DNA of 64,000 nt, from contig CP075494.1 in the NCBI GenBank assembly GCA_021613535.1, forward strand, positions 9,610,001 to 9,674,000, given 5' to 3'. The number at the start of each line of letters is the position of its first letter. Position 1 is the stretch's first letter. Source of the DNA: Adineta vaga (lineage: Eukaryota > Animalia > Rotifera). Under the pieces are notes generated by a model. It was given only the letters and a program-made list of their open reading frames with translations, ran no database searches and was not told the DNA's origin. Shown in pieces: positions 27,780-39,866 of this stretch. A program made the translations under genes and the position numbers.

Positions 27780-30137
27780 ATGTCCGTCCTTGTGCCATTC
27801 ATTCCATCATCAACAAATACTCATCATCACTATTTTTCTAATGGAAATTTAACTCAAACAAATAAACATATGTCATTAACAAATCGTTCAATATCAAAAT
27901 TAACGAATGACAATGAGAATGATCATGTCCCACTTGGTGTTGTTAATTCCATGAAACAACGTTTACTGGATAAAGTCAATGAATCTTTAATAACGAATAA
28001 TCATTCAACATTTACACGTCATTCATTATCAAAAACATCTTCACGTGTATCATCAGATGAAAATTTATTACAAACAAAGCCAATTATATCACCATTGAAA
28101 CGTACAACACGTCTATCGCGTAGTCAAGATAGTTTATTAAATAATAATAATAATGCCGAATCATTCACATCATATTTACAACCAAAACAAGATGTCGTCA
28201 TTGTAGATGCAAATATATCAAACGAAGAAAATATTCTAAATCATCGACATTCATATACGGAATTACATGTTGATGAAGTACCTAAGCCTGGTATGTATTG
28301 ATCAGATATGTATGATTCGTTGAATGAAACTATCTTCTTCTTTGATTAGGTACGGTTACAACTGTAAAGAATATGTTTGAACGACAAATTCGTTTAAGTC
28401 GATTCGATTGTGATAAATTATCCAATACGCCATCGATGTCAGCATCTTCACGTGTTGTCAATAATCAACATCATCGAGAAATTTTAAGTCCAAATCGTTC
28501 ACGTAGTATTTCTCCAAATGATATGGCTTTACGGCAACGTCGAACAGTTATTGTGCCAACAGCAATATCATTACCTGTACCTTCATCATATCCTGATGTT
28601 GTTATATCTCATACACCGCCAATACCAGCTCAAATTGAAAGTAATAAAAATTCGAATGAACAAACAACGAATGAAAATAAGAAGAAAGAGAGTCTATTGA
28701 ATGAAACGACAAATATGAATGCGGATCATAATCGTCCGAATCTTTTACTTTCAACAACTTCTTTGTCAGATAAGACCGATTATCAACCATTAGATTTTAA
28801 AAGTCGTTTAGCTTTATTTAATCAAACAACGGCTATAGTTAAAAAACCAATAACACATTCTCATCCTGCTCCTCCACCACCAAATTTTCTCACAAAACCA
28901 GTAGTCCATCATCATCATTCCGAAAAAACAGATCATCCGTCCGATGAAGTTGTTCGATCATTTGTAAATACATCTAAAGCAGTGACATTTTTTGGTGGAA
29001 CAAAACTAAATGATAATAATAAATCAACATTACCAACATGCATACCTTCTCCACCTATGCCACCAGCGATTGTTAAAGAAGAACAATCATCTGAACTAGT
29101 AACTATTGATTTATTATATGCACCAGATATTATCGGTGGAAATGTCAAATTAAATAAATCATCTCTTTCTTCAGGAGTGAAAAAAGTATATGAATACTTT
29201 TATTAACGATAAATTTTTATCGATATTTCTATATAATTTAGGATGCTCGAGTTCAATTTACTGACAATGTTCATACATTTGAATATCCATCATTCCATAT
29301 CGTTATGGCTGAATTTAGTAATAGTACATCAGATAATGACGACGACAACGACGACGAAGAAAATGACGAGGAAGAAAATGGAATCAAAATAGTTCCTATC
29401 ATTGAGACTATGAATGAACAAATCGATGATGTGAATGATGATGAACTCGAACAATTAGCACGTATTAATGCAGATTTTAATACAAGTAATCTTAGTGAAA
29501 AATCATTACAACCCAAAGGTATATATACATATATATATATTTCATATACAATCTTGATTTATTATTCAAGAATGCAAATGTTTCCTCCATCTTAGCTTCA
29601 ATGACTGTGACAGTAGTATAAATAATGAGATTTCCGTCTGATTTGTTATAAACGATGTTCTTTTTCCTTTATCGTTCTTTTTCGAGAATTTTCTTCGCTT
29701 CCTGTTAGTTTTCATTTGATCTTTTCTTGCACTCATTCTGAACTCAGAGTTCTTGTAAACAACATCTGACGTCATCGAGAGGAATAATTAATACAGAGAC
29801 AGACTGATGAAGAAGAAGAAGAAGAAAAACAAAAACAAAATGTATTGTAATCTAATAGAATGAATACCAAATAATATGTTCTACAGTAAGTAAGATGTTA
29901 GTTTTCTTTTCTATTTTAGGTACTTTACATACATTTCGTCCAACTCATCTTGATCAATATGAATTAGGTAGTCAACATGATTCTTTGCCATATTCGACTA
30001 CGTCAGATATCTTTACACGTGAGAATTATTTTCATCTTACAAATCATTCCTCATTTAAACAAAACAAATCACCATTTGAAATGACGAATAATATTCAATG
30101 GAGTACAATGTCAACAACTACAGATTTACTTTTTTGA
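27780..30137 (+). CDS. Taperin/phostensin-like PP1-binding, largely disordered protein, 4 exons
   Basis: Exons 27780-28290, 28350-29185, 29242-29518 and 29920-30137 join in frame. The splice product gives IIGGNVKLNKSSLSSGVKK|DARVQFTDNVHTFEYPS followed by an acidic tract. This matches the recalled phostensin/taperin pattern (IGG..L.KS.L...KISF.....TYQYPSE) with an RVxF PP1 motif. It ends TTDLLF*. Confidence 0.7.
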
Positions 30138-30302
30138 TTCATTTTTTCTTTCTTTCTTCGTTGTTGTAATTATTCATTTTCAATTAATGGAATTTAGACA
30201 GAATGTCAGTTAATCTTTATGACCTTTTTTCTTTTATAAAAATTCTTTCAAAAATGAAAATAACACATTTTTTCTTTATGAGAATAGAATTTCTTCTAGA
30301 TC

Positions 30303-32680
30303 ATGACGACTACGATTACTACTAATAATAATAATGATGATGATGATGATGATGATAATGCTTATAAGCAATTTCTTCAAACACATCAATTACAACTTAT
30401 TTTTAATAGCATACCTAAACATCTTTATCGACGTTTATATGAAAAAATGAAAAATGAAATTTTTGATAGTGGAAAATATTTTCAACTCTGTCCTGTTGAT
30501 GATGATGATGATGAATTAGAAAAATCATATAATCCTGAACGACGATTTTATGTTTCAACATTAGAAAATGTCGTTCTCGATCCTGAAAAAGATGAAAATG
30601 CAATTTTTCTTATTGATCATGCTTGGACATATCGAATTAAAGATGCACGAAATGATTTATATTCAATTTCTCAACTCTATGAACGTATGACATCATTAAT
30701 GAATGTTAATTCTGATGTTAAAGACGATGGTATTGAATTAATCTTACAACGAATGTGGAAATTTAATCAAACTTATACATTAACATCAACTCAAATTGAT
30801 CCAAATTTAGATGTTGAAGCTGCACAAGAACCTTATTGGTAGGTGATAAACAGAAGAATAAGAGAGAATCGTAATCTACCAGACAGAAATTGATTATAGT
30901 ACTGTCTTCGATGACATTCGTCATTTGTTTCTAATTAGTATAGATAAACAAAACGCGAATTTCTACCGAGTTTTCTTTAGGTATATCATGGATGAATTTG
31001 GTTCATCAATTCGTCATTCATCAACGAATGCAAATGTTTATTGTACGTCATTTTTCTTTGAACCAACTCAAACAATGTTTACACTTCTCTATCCAATTGT
31101 TCGTATCGAACAACCATATACTGAAATCTTTCGTAATTATGTTTATGATAATAGTAGTACATTGGATCGAAATATCAAATTATTACCATGGCATCGTGTC
31201 GGTTTTCGTAAAACAATACTTCGAAGTTTAACTATTGAAAATTGTCCGGATATGTTTACAAAGAAACTTCAAAATAGTGTAGAAATTTTCGAAGAATGTC
31301 ATAAAAATGATCACTATGATAAAATTCCAATTCATAACGAAAGAAAAACTCTTGACTCAAATCGTATACTTAAAGTTTATACTGATCATGATCTGATTAA
31401 ACAATATTTAACTGATGAACACTATCAATTGATTGATAGTTCTGATCAAGCTGATATTATATTTACAAAAAAATTGATAGACGATTTTCGTCAAGAAACT
31501 TTAGATACAACATTAGTTAATCAATTTCCATTCGAAAATATAATAACTAATAAAGAATTATTAGCATTAGTTTCTCGAAGATGGAAAGCATTATACAGGT
31601 ATGTGAAGAAAAAAAAGAACGGAAACGATATTGTTTAGTTAATCGAATAATTTAGACAAAGGAAATTTAAACTTTCAACAAATTGATAATTGAGGTGAAG
31701 TAATAGTTTGAAAAAAGAATACAAATTTTTTCTTCTCAGATATTTCGACTAATATTAACACACCATTCTTATAATTTGCATCAATAAAAACGATTCTGTT
31801 TTCAGTTCGACGACGATCAATGATGATCCATATATTGATTCACATGGAAGTCCACCATGGTTACCAACAACATTCATTCTCACTTATGAATTACCACAAT
31901 TTGCTGTTTATTTTCAAGTAAATCGAACTTTTTTCCATCTATAAAATGAATTCTTCGTTGTATTAGTATCGAGAAGATCAACAAATTGATAATACATGGA
32001 TAGTGAAACCAATCAATTTAACACGTTCAATTGATGTTTCAGTAACCAATCTATTTGATATGGTTATTCGTTTACCTGAATCAGGTTCGAAAATCGCATG
32101 CAAATATGTTTCAACACCAGTTTTACTTAAAATGCCTGATTTGAATGATGAAGGAGTGAAATTTGATGTTCGGTATGTATTACTTGTACGAAGTGTTCGG
32201 CCATTGAAATTATATGTTCAAAAAATCTTTTGGCTCCGTTTTGCTAATAAACCGTTTTCTTTGAAAACATTTGATGATTATGAAACACATTTTACCGTAA
32301 TGAATTATCGAGTTAATGCAGAATTACGACAAATGGATTGTGAAACATTTGTTGGTTTGTTCAATGAACAACATGGTGGAAATTGGTCGATGATTGAACA
32401 ACGAATCTTTCAAATGTTTCGTGAAGTATTTCATTGCGCAACCATTGAAGAACCACCATTAGGAATTGGTTCATGTATCTCCTCACGAGCTCTCTATGCC
32501 GCCGATTTAATTTTAGAATGGAATGATAAAAATCAAATTCAACCAAAATTATTGGAGATTAATTTTACACCGGATTGTCATCGTGCATGTACCTATTATC
32601 CAAATTTTTATAATCAAATTTTTAATGTACTTTTTCGAGATCAGATTGATGATCATGATGTTATCGATATTTCAGTGTAA
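30303..32680 (+). CDS. TTLL12: Tubulin-tyrosine ligase-like 12 (SET-like plus TTL domains), 4 exons
   Basis: It contains IFLIDHAWTY, MWKFNQTY, WYIMDEFGSSIRHS, VNQFPFE, PWLPTTF...ELPQF, WIVKP, KFDVRY, YETHFTVMNY, SRALYAAD and LLEINFTPDC. Confidence 0.95.
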
Positions 32681-32817
32681 TAGTTTTTGACAAAAAAAAT
32701 TCTAATAAATGATGGTGATGGGTTTACATCTAGTTGCATAAATTTTGAACTATGTATTGAAACATTTATTTTTTCTGAAAAAAAAGCACACAAACAATGA
32801 AATATAATCTAGATAGT

Positions 32818-34731
32818 TTATGTTGATAATTGTAATTTTTGAGTAATTCTATTGTATTGATCTTGATATTTCTTTAGTTTGTCATGATTTTCTCCATATT
32901 TCTGTTTGGCGATATTTATCGCGTCCGATGCATGTTGAACAGCTTCGTTATTTTGTCCAAGAGTATCGAATACTAGCGATAAATTTTGATGAATATCCGC
33001 AACTATTTCCAATTTTAATGAATTAGATTTTCTCGAAGCTTTTAATGCTTCTTGGAAAGATTTTAGTGCATTTGGATAATCGCCTTTAGAAATAAAGACT
33101 TCACCAAGATTATTCATTAGAATAAAAGCCATGGATAGATCAAGTGTGTGAGGATTGAGGACAATTTTCAGAGCATTAGTGAACGTTTTGGAAGCTTGAA
33201 CGAAATCATTTTGCTCTTTTTCAATCATACCAATATGTGCATAGATTCCAGCTAATGTCGAATGATTTACCGGCTTATTCTGTAATTCTCCATCCAAAGA
33301 ACTTCTATAATGAGAAAGAGCTCGAGAATAATCTTTAATTTTTTCATAAATATATCCAAGATAACGATGAATATTATTCGTATTCGATGTCGTTTTGAGA
33401 AGTATCTGAAAAATATCTTTAGCTTTATCTAATTGATTTGTTTTAATCATCATTCGACCTAATGTAGAAAAGTCATGTAAATTTTTATATTCATTTTGAA
33501 TTGAATTAATCCGAGCTTTCAGTTGTTCATGATTATTATCTATTAAAATCAGATGAATTTGCCATAGTTTATTCTCTTCAATTCTTTCGATTTGTGTAAT
33601 TTGAAAGATGGGATTTAATGAGAAAAGAATGTGTCGATCACTATCATGATAATAATCTAATTGATCTAAAGATACGAATGGAAATGATGATATGGTACGA
33701 TCGATTTCGATTCGAAAAAGTATTGATGTGAGATTTGAATCATTCGTAAATTGTTTAGCTAAGTTAAATGACGGTTGCCGATCGATGGTGGTTAATAAAA
33801 ATGTACGGAATGAAATGATATCGTTTATTTTCATATTGAAATTTTGAAATTGTTCATTTGAAATGACTTGATTATAATAAACAGTTAATTTTTCATGATC
33901 AGTTGATTTTGTATGTAAATCATTGATTTGTTTATGTAAATCTGAGATAAAGAAAGCGATTTTCACAAGAATTTCCATATCAACTAATCTTAAAGCTCGA
34001 TGAATCATAGCTGAAAGAAAACATTCTCGCGTGTACCATTCAATTGATGAGAATTGATTGTAACCATCATTTTCGAATTGAGTAATTCGATTTAATTCAT
34101 TCGCATTTCCAGCATAATGATAACGAGAAAATTCAATAAAGGATTGTTTCATCTCTTCACTTGATTCGCTATTGATTAAAATTTCTCTTAATAATAATGA
34201 ACAAGAAAATGGTTGATTTTGAATTTCATTTGAAAGAATATGAATGGATGTTAAATTATCCATTTCTTGACGAATATCTCGTCGAAATGCATCATGAATT
34301 GCTCGAAGATTTGTATAAATTCCTTTAATTTTTTGAAAATCTTTCGTCCAATTTTCGTGATCTTGACGATCGTTACAAGAAATATAAATTGAATAAATTT
34401 GTTTGTTCATTTCCAGTTTTCGAACTACATCTTTTCCTAAAGTATCTGATATAATAATACACAATTTTTCATCGTGAATTTCTTGAATAAACTGATAGAA
34501 ATCATTTGAATTTGAATAAAATTGCATTGTATTAACATAGGATTGAAATAAAGATAAAGACTTTTGATATTCAGTAATATTTTCATCTAATAAAATAAGT
34601 ATGAAGTTTTCCACTGTATTTCTTTTGAATATTCGATAAGCGAATTTATATTTGCCATGAAGAAAAAGATTTCTTTTCTAGACAGAAAGTTTTAACATTT
34701 GTGACAACACGTTTCTTTGTTCTGTTACCAT
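32818..34731 (-). CDS. ADP-ribosyltransferase-like domain plus C-terminal TPR repeats, catalytic motifs degenerate
   Basis: A first exon of ATG only (34731-34729) is followed by a 51-nt GT-AG intron, then exon 34677-32818 (MKRNLFLHG...VENFILILLDE). It contains WYTRECFLSAMIHRALR, FFISDLHKQI, SILFRIEID and ILFSLNPIFQI. About five TPRs follow (LGYIY....DYSRALSHY; MNNLGEVF...GDYPNALKSFQEAL). Confidence 0.85.
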
Positions 34732-35767
34732 AGTTTGTGGTTTCTTAGAAGAACAGAAAAAAAGACCTTTTTCTTTCTTCCTAATGCTTTCCTCCATCAC
34801 GAAAACTTACAACTACGATGAAGTTAACGTATTTGAATTTAATGGAACCGTTGTTCATTGCCAGTGTAGATATATACTCATCTCACTCACTATCAGTTGT
34901 CATAACTACGACCAAAATGGTTCTAATGGGTGTAATAGAATCAATAGCTATATTCTTCTATTGATTTTCAGAGTTAGAAAATATACCTAACGTCAAAAGG
35001 AAAAACAGTAAATGAATACGTTTCAAAATATATCAAGGATCCAACTTTCCCAGCTAACAAATGTCTCATGCATTCTTAGTTTTTGTAAACTGTAGAGCTT
35101 TTTCACACTGTATTTCAAAAACATAAGTTTGAGAAGAATGAAAGAAGATAATTGTATTGTTTGATTGTTTTTTACTGACTGTATGCATATTTTTGTCGAA
35201 ATGTTTTAATTAAAATACTAACACCATCATTTATTCTTCCAGTTCAGTTATCTTCCAATTGTACTGAAATTATCGACGTAAAAATTCTTCAGACGTAAAA
35301 AACAACTTTGTTTTTCTCAAACAATGAAATTTCTTCAAAATTTTATGCATAGATCATTCTGTTTGTCATCTTTAGTAATAATAAATGACAGTCTAATGTG
35401 TCAAAGAAGATTCAAAATAAAACGAATCAACGGTGCGAAGAAAAAATAAACTTGAAAACCTTTTCGAAAAGTAGATTCGTTTCCATGCTAGAATCTTAAA
35501 ATTGAAATATTCATAAGAACAGAAGATTTATGTAGGCGATTGTTTTGGATCTTAAGTTCATTTATATATTCATTTAAATTCGTGATTTTTGATTGTTTAT
35601 TAATTTCAAAACAGTTCTTCCTCATTCAACCTGAAAACGATTCTCTATCGTTTCTATCATCAAAAGAACTCAAAGTTTTTTCTGATTCTATATAAATTGT
35701 CTACTACAAAACGATTTCTTTTTCATATTCAACAGAAGACAAACATTTTCCGAATACGTCTTATTCA

Positions 35768-36822
35768 ATGGCTAACAACTCGTTTATTTGGAACATTTCT
35801 AACGACATGATTAATTTCAAACCAAAAATAATTCCACTCGAAATTGCAAAGTTTATGGTACATACTCTCTATACTCTTTTCCAAATAATCATTCCTATAA
35901 TTGGATTGTTTGGTTTTCTTGGTAATGTTATCACATTTCTTCAACCTGAATTACGTTCAAATACATGCATTATCTACATACTTTGCAGTTCTTTTATCGA
36001 TTTTGCTCGATTGGCCGTAACTATTTTTCCATTTTATTTTCAAATCAAATCCGAAGATCAATCTGTTTTACTCGCCTGGGATTATTCAGTTGTTTCATGT
36101 AAAATACTGTATTTTCTTATGAATTTTTTACCACAACTAGCGATCAATTTATTAATTTTAAGTATGATTGATCGATATGCTTGTACATTTCCTCTTCAAT
36201 CGCGAATGCATCGGCTCAATCAGTTAAAAATGGTTCCATTCATGATTACTGCAGCCGTTCTTATCAGTTGTATTACTTCAATCTATGGAGCAGTTCTCGC
36301 TTATATTCCAGTAGACAGATGCAACTATACTGATCTTCAAACATATAGCATCTTGAATATCTTATTTAATGGTTTAACACAGCCAATAGTGATGCTTATA
36401 CTCGTTTTGCTTACTTATCAAAATGTTCGTCGAAGTCGACAACGAGTAGTAAGTAAATGTACTGTATCGATAGTAAATTGTATTCGTATTTATTATAGGG
36501 TGGCGTTGCTGGAGGAAATCCAAATCAAGCTCGTAATCAATTTCTAGCAATAATTATTACTCAAGTATTAGTAACAGCTATACTTTCATTAATATTTCTA
36601 GCTGGACAAGTTTATGTCTTCTTTATTTACGATAGTATAAAAACAACCGAAGATCTCTATACAGTTTATTTTTTCTTCTCAATTACTTTAAGTTTATATG
36701 CAATGAATAATGCGAAATCATTCTTCTTTTCAATATTAACATCAAAAGTATATCGACAAACATTTATCAAAGCTTGGCAGAGATTATTTATTCGATTAAG
36801 ACGATTTATATATCATCGATGA
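35768..36822 (+). CDS. Class A orphan GPCR, 2 exons
   Basis: It contains GLFGFLGNVITF, SCKI and LSMIDRYAC. Intron 36449-36498 is followed by an exon encoding TM6-TM7 and helix 8 (TSKVYRQTF), ending TGA at 36820-36822. Confidence 0.88.
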
Positions 36823-37303
36823 AAGACTATTCATTTTTACATTGCAATGCAATGTTCACGATTTGCTTAATAAATAAATAAAGCTTCTAAGTCATAAATG
36901 TGAGATTGATTTACTTTTGTTTACGATTATAAAGTTTATTTTCGAATGTATAAATCTTGTTTGGTGTGATTTAGCGACCTCCATTGATTAATTTCATAAA
37001 TAGCTGAATGGGCATATTCTCTATCCAGTTGAACTATCAGATTGCTTTCTTGCATACATCATAGAAAAGAGCGCAACATATGGTTTTCACAATCCTTTTT
37101 GTATTATACGATCACGAATATAAAACGTGATTGACTTATCAGTCAGTATATGATTCGAAGTAATCACCTCCTCAAATGACATGTTATCTAAGCATTCTTA
37201 TTTCTTTTTATAGATGCTGTACCATTCTTTCATAGAATGATACCAAGAATTAAAGTCTAGGTTAAATCAAAAAAAGAAGTATTCACATTTTCAGAAAGTA
37301 CTC

Positions 37304-39722
37304 ATGACACTAACACATAATGAAAACCATTTTGTTCCTAATCATGGTGATACATATGAAAATGGTGTCGATGCTCAATCCATACCAACATCATGTGATC
37401 ATTCTCGTCAACTCAAACATTCATTGAGTGAAAGTAGCACTCCATCCATCAAAGGATGCTGTTTACAATCAATGAAATACATCAGTTTACGAGAAAAAAT
37501 CGATAAACGTATTGCAAATAACGAACGATGGTATTCATTGGAGTTTTTTCCTCCACGCACAGCAAATGGTGCAGCAAATCTTATCGGCTGGTAAGTAATA
37601 AATTTGTTTGGAATAATGCATTTTTGAATCTTGAAATAGTTTTGAACGTATGACTGTTGGTCAACCATTATTTTGCGATATAACATGGCATCCAACTGGT
37701 GATCCAGCCGGTGTAAAAGAAACCAGTTCTATGATGATTGCAAATACAATGTTAAATTATTGTAGTACGGATACAATGTTACATATTACATGTTATGGTG
37801 CAAAAGAAACAACAATGATGGAATATTTATCGAAAGCGAAAGAGTTTGGCATTCGTAATTTACTTGCATTGCGTGGAGGTAAATTTGAATATTTTTTGTA
37901 GATTTTATGATTGATAAAATGAAAAAAAAACCCGACTTGTTTAGATCCACCGGTTGGAGAAGAATGGGATCCGAAGAAAAGTGAATTTCGATATGCATCT
38001 GATCTTGTTCGATTCATTCGGCAACATTTTGATGATTATTTTATTATATGTGTTGCAGGTAGATTTTCATTCAATTATTGATAAACTTTCTTTCATGTAC
38101 AATAAGTCTATTTTTCTTTTCAGGTTATCCACAGGGACATCCTGATTCAGAATCATACGAAAAAGATTTGATTTATTTAAAGGAAAAAGTTGATTGTGGT
38201 GCAGATTTTATTATAACTCAACTTTTTTTTCAAGCTGAAACTTTTATTAAGTTTGAAGCTGATTGTCGAGCAATTGGAATTACATGTCCAATTATTCCTG
38301 GTATATTACCAATTCAAGTAATTCAGTTTTTAATGAAGAAAAAAGAAATATAATAGTTATATTTGATTTTCTAGGGTTACTCTAGTTTAAGAAATATTGT
38401 TCGATTAGCTAAACTTGATGTACCGAAAGAAATTCTTGATTGTATCGAACCTATGAAAGAGAATGATGAAGCTATACGAAAATTTGGTGTTCAAACATGT
38501 CTTGATCTTTGTCGTACATTGTTAAATTCCGGTAAAGTTTATGGACTTCATTTCTATACATTGAATCGTGAAGTTGCTACGATGGAAATTTTAAAAAAAC
38601 TTGGTCTTTGGTTAGAAGATCATTCATTACGTGCTTTACCATGGAAGAAAATATCGAATAGTCATGTACGTACAAATGAGAATGTTCGTCCAATCTTTTG
38701 GAGTATTCGACCAAAATCTTATGTTCATCGTACATTAGATTGGAATGAATTTCCTAATGGACGTTGGGGTTTATCATCAGCACCATCGTTTGGTATGTTA
38801 ACAGATTATCATTTATTTTATATGAAAATTGATGCAACAAAAGAAGAATTACTCGATGAGTGGGGCCATGAATTAACATGTGAAGAAGATGCTTGGAAAA
38901 TGTTTGTGTGTTTCATTGGTGGAGAAACGAATGGAACAGATAAAATTGTTCGACATTTTCCATGGATTGATGAAGAGATATCTACAGAAACGAATTTAAT
39001 TCAAAAAGATTTGATAAAGTATAATCAAAAAGGAATTTTGACAATTAATTCTCAACCAGCTGTAAATGGAGTTAAAAGTTCAGATCCAACGGTCGGTTGG
39101 GGTAAAGCGAATGGTTATGTTTATCAAAAAGTAAGTAGTTTTTGTTTGGAAAGAAACTCTTTCACCTTCGAATATGACTTAGGCTTATTTGGAATTTTTT
39201 ACAAATGAAAAAAATATTCCAGCATTACGAGCTGTTTTACAACAATTTCCTAATGTCAATTATCATTTTGTGAACAAATCGGTAAGTTATTTCTTTTGTC
39301 TTACTCAATTAAATTTCTTGGATATTCGTGTAGGGAGAAATAAATGAAACAAATACAGATGATGAACAACCAATCGCTATAACATGGGGAGTATTCTCCG
39401 GTAGAGAAATTATACAACCAACAGTCGTTGATCCTGTTAGTTTTATGATTTGGAAAGTAAGAAGTTTGTCTATTAGTTCGATAGTCTTGTACGAAACATT
39501 TTTCTTTGTCATTAGGATGAAGCATTCAGTTTATGGATGGAACGTTGGGGTAAATTATATGCCGTTGATTCACGTTCTTATTCAATTATCCAACAAATCT
39601 CAAATAGTTATTATTTAGTTAATCTAGTCGATAATGACTATCCTCAAGGTTCTTCACTTTGGTCAATATTAGATGCAATGTTTGACTATCAAAAATCCAA
39701 TCCGAAAGATACAGACTGTTAA
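37304..39722 (+). CDS. MTHFR: Methylenetetrahydrofolate reductase (eukaryotic catalytic plus SAM-regulatory domains), 8 exons
   Basis: It contains [91 protein letters not shown] and IIQPTVVDP. Confidence 0.97.
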
Positions 39723-39866
39723 TGATGATGATAATAATAATAATAATAATATTTTCTTCTTTTTTTCTATTTTAATATATATAATAAATATTGATTTTTG
39801 GCGAATGAAAAAGTGATCGAATGATAAGAAAGTTAGATCTGAATTTTTGTTTTCAGAAAAGAAAAG

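Noticed and set aside
34784-34990. 68-aa ORF upstream of the ART-TPR gene
   Set aside because: I found no recognisable motif or splice structure and cannot support it as a gene.
38185-38215. MTHFR thermolabile-type substitution (human A222V position)
   Set aside because: The site reads CGADFIITQ with the Ala conserved.
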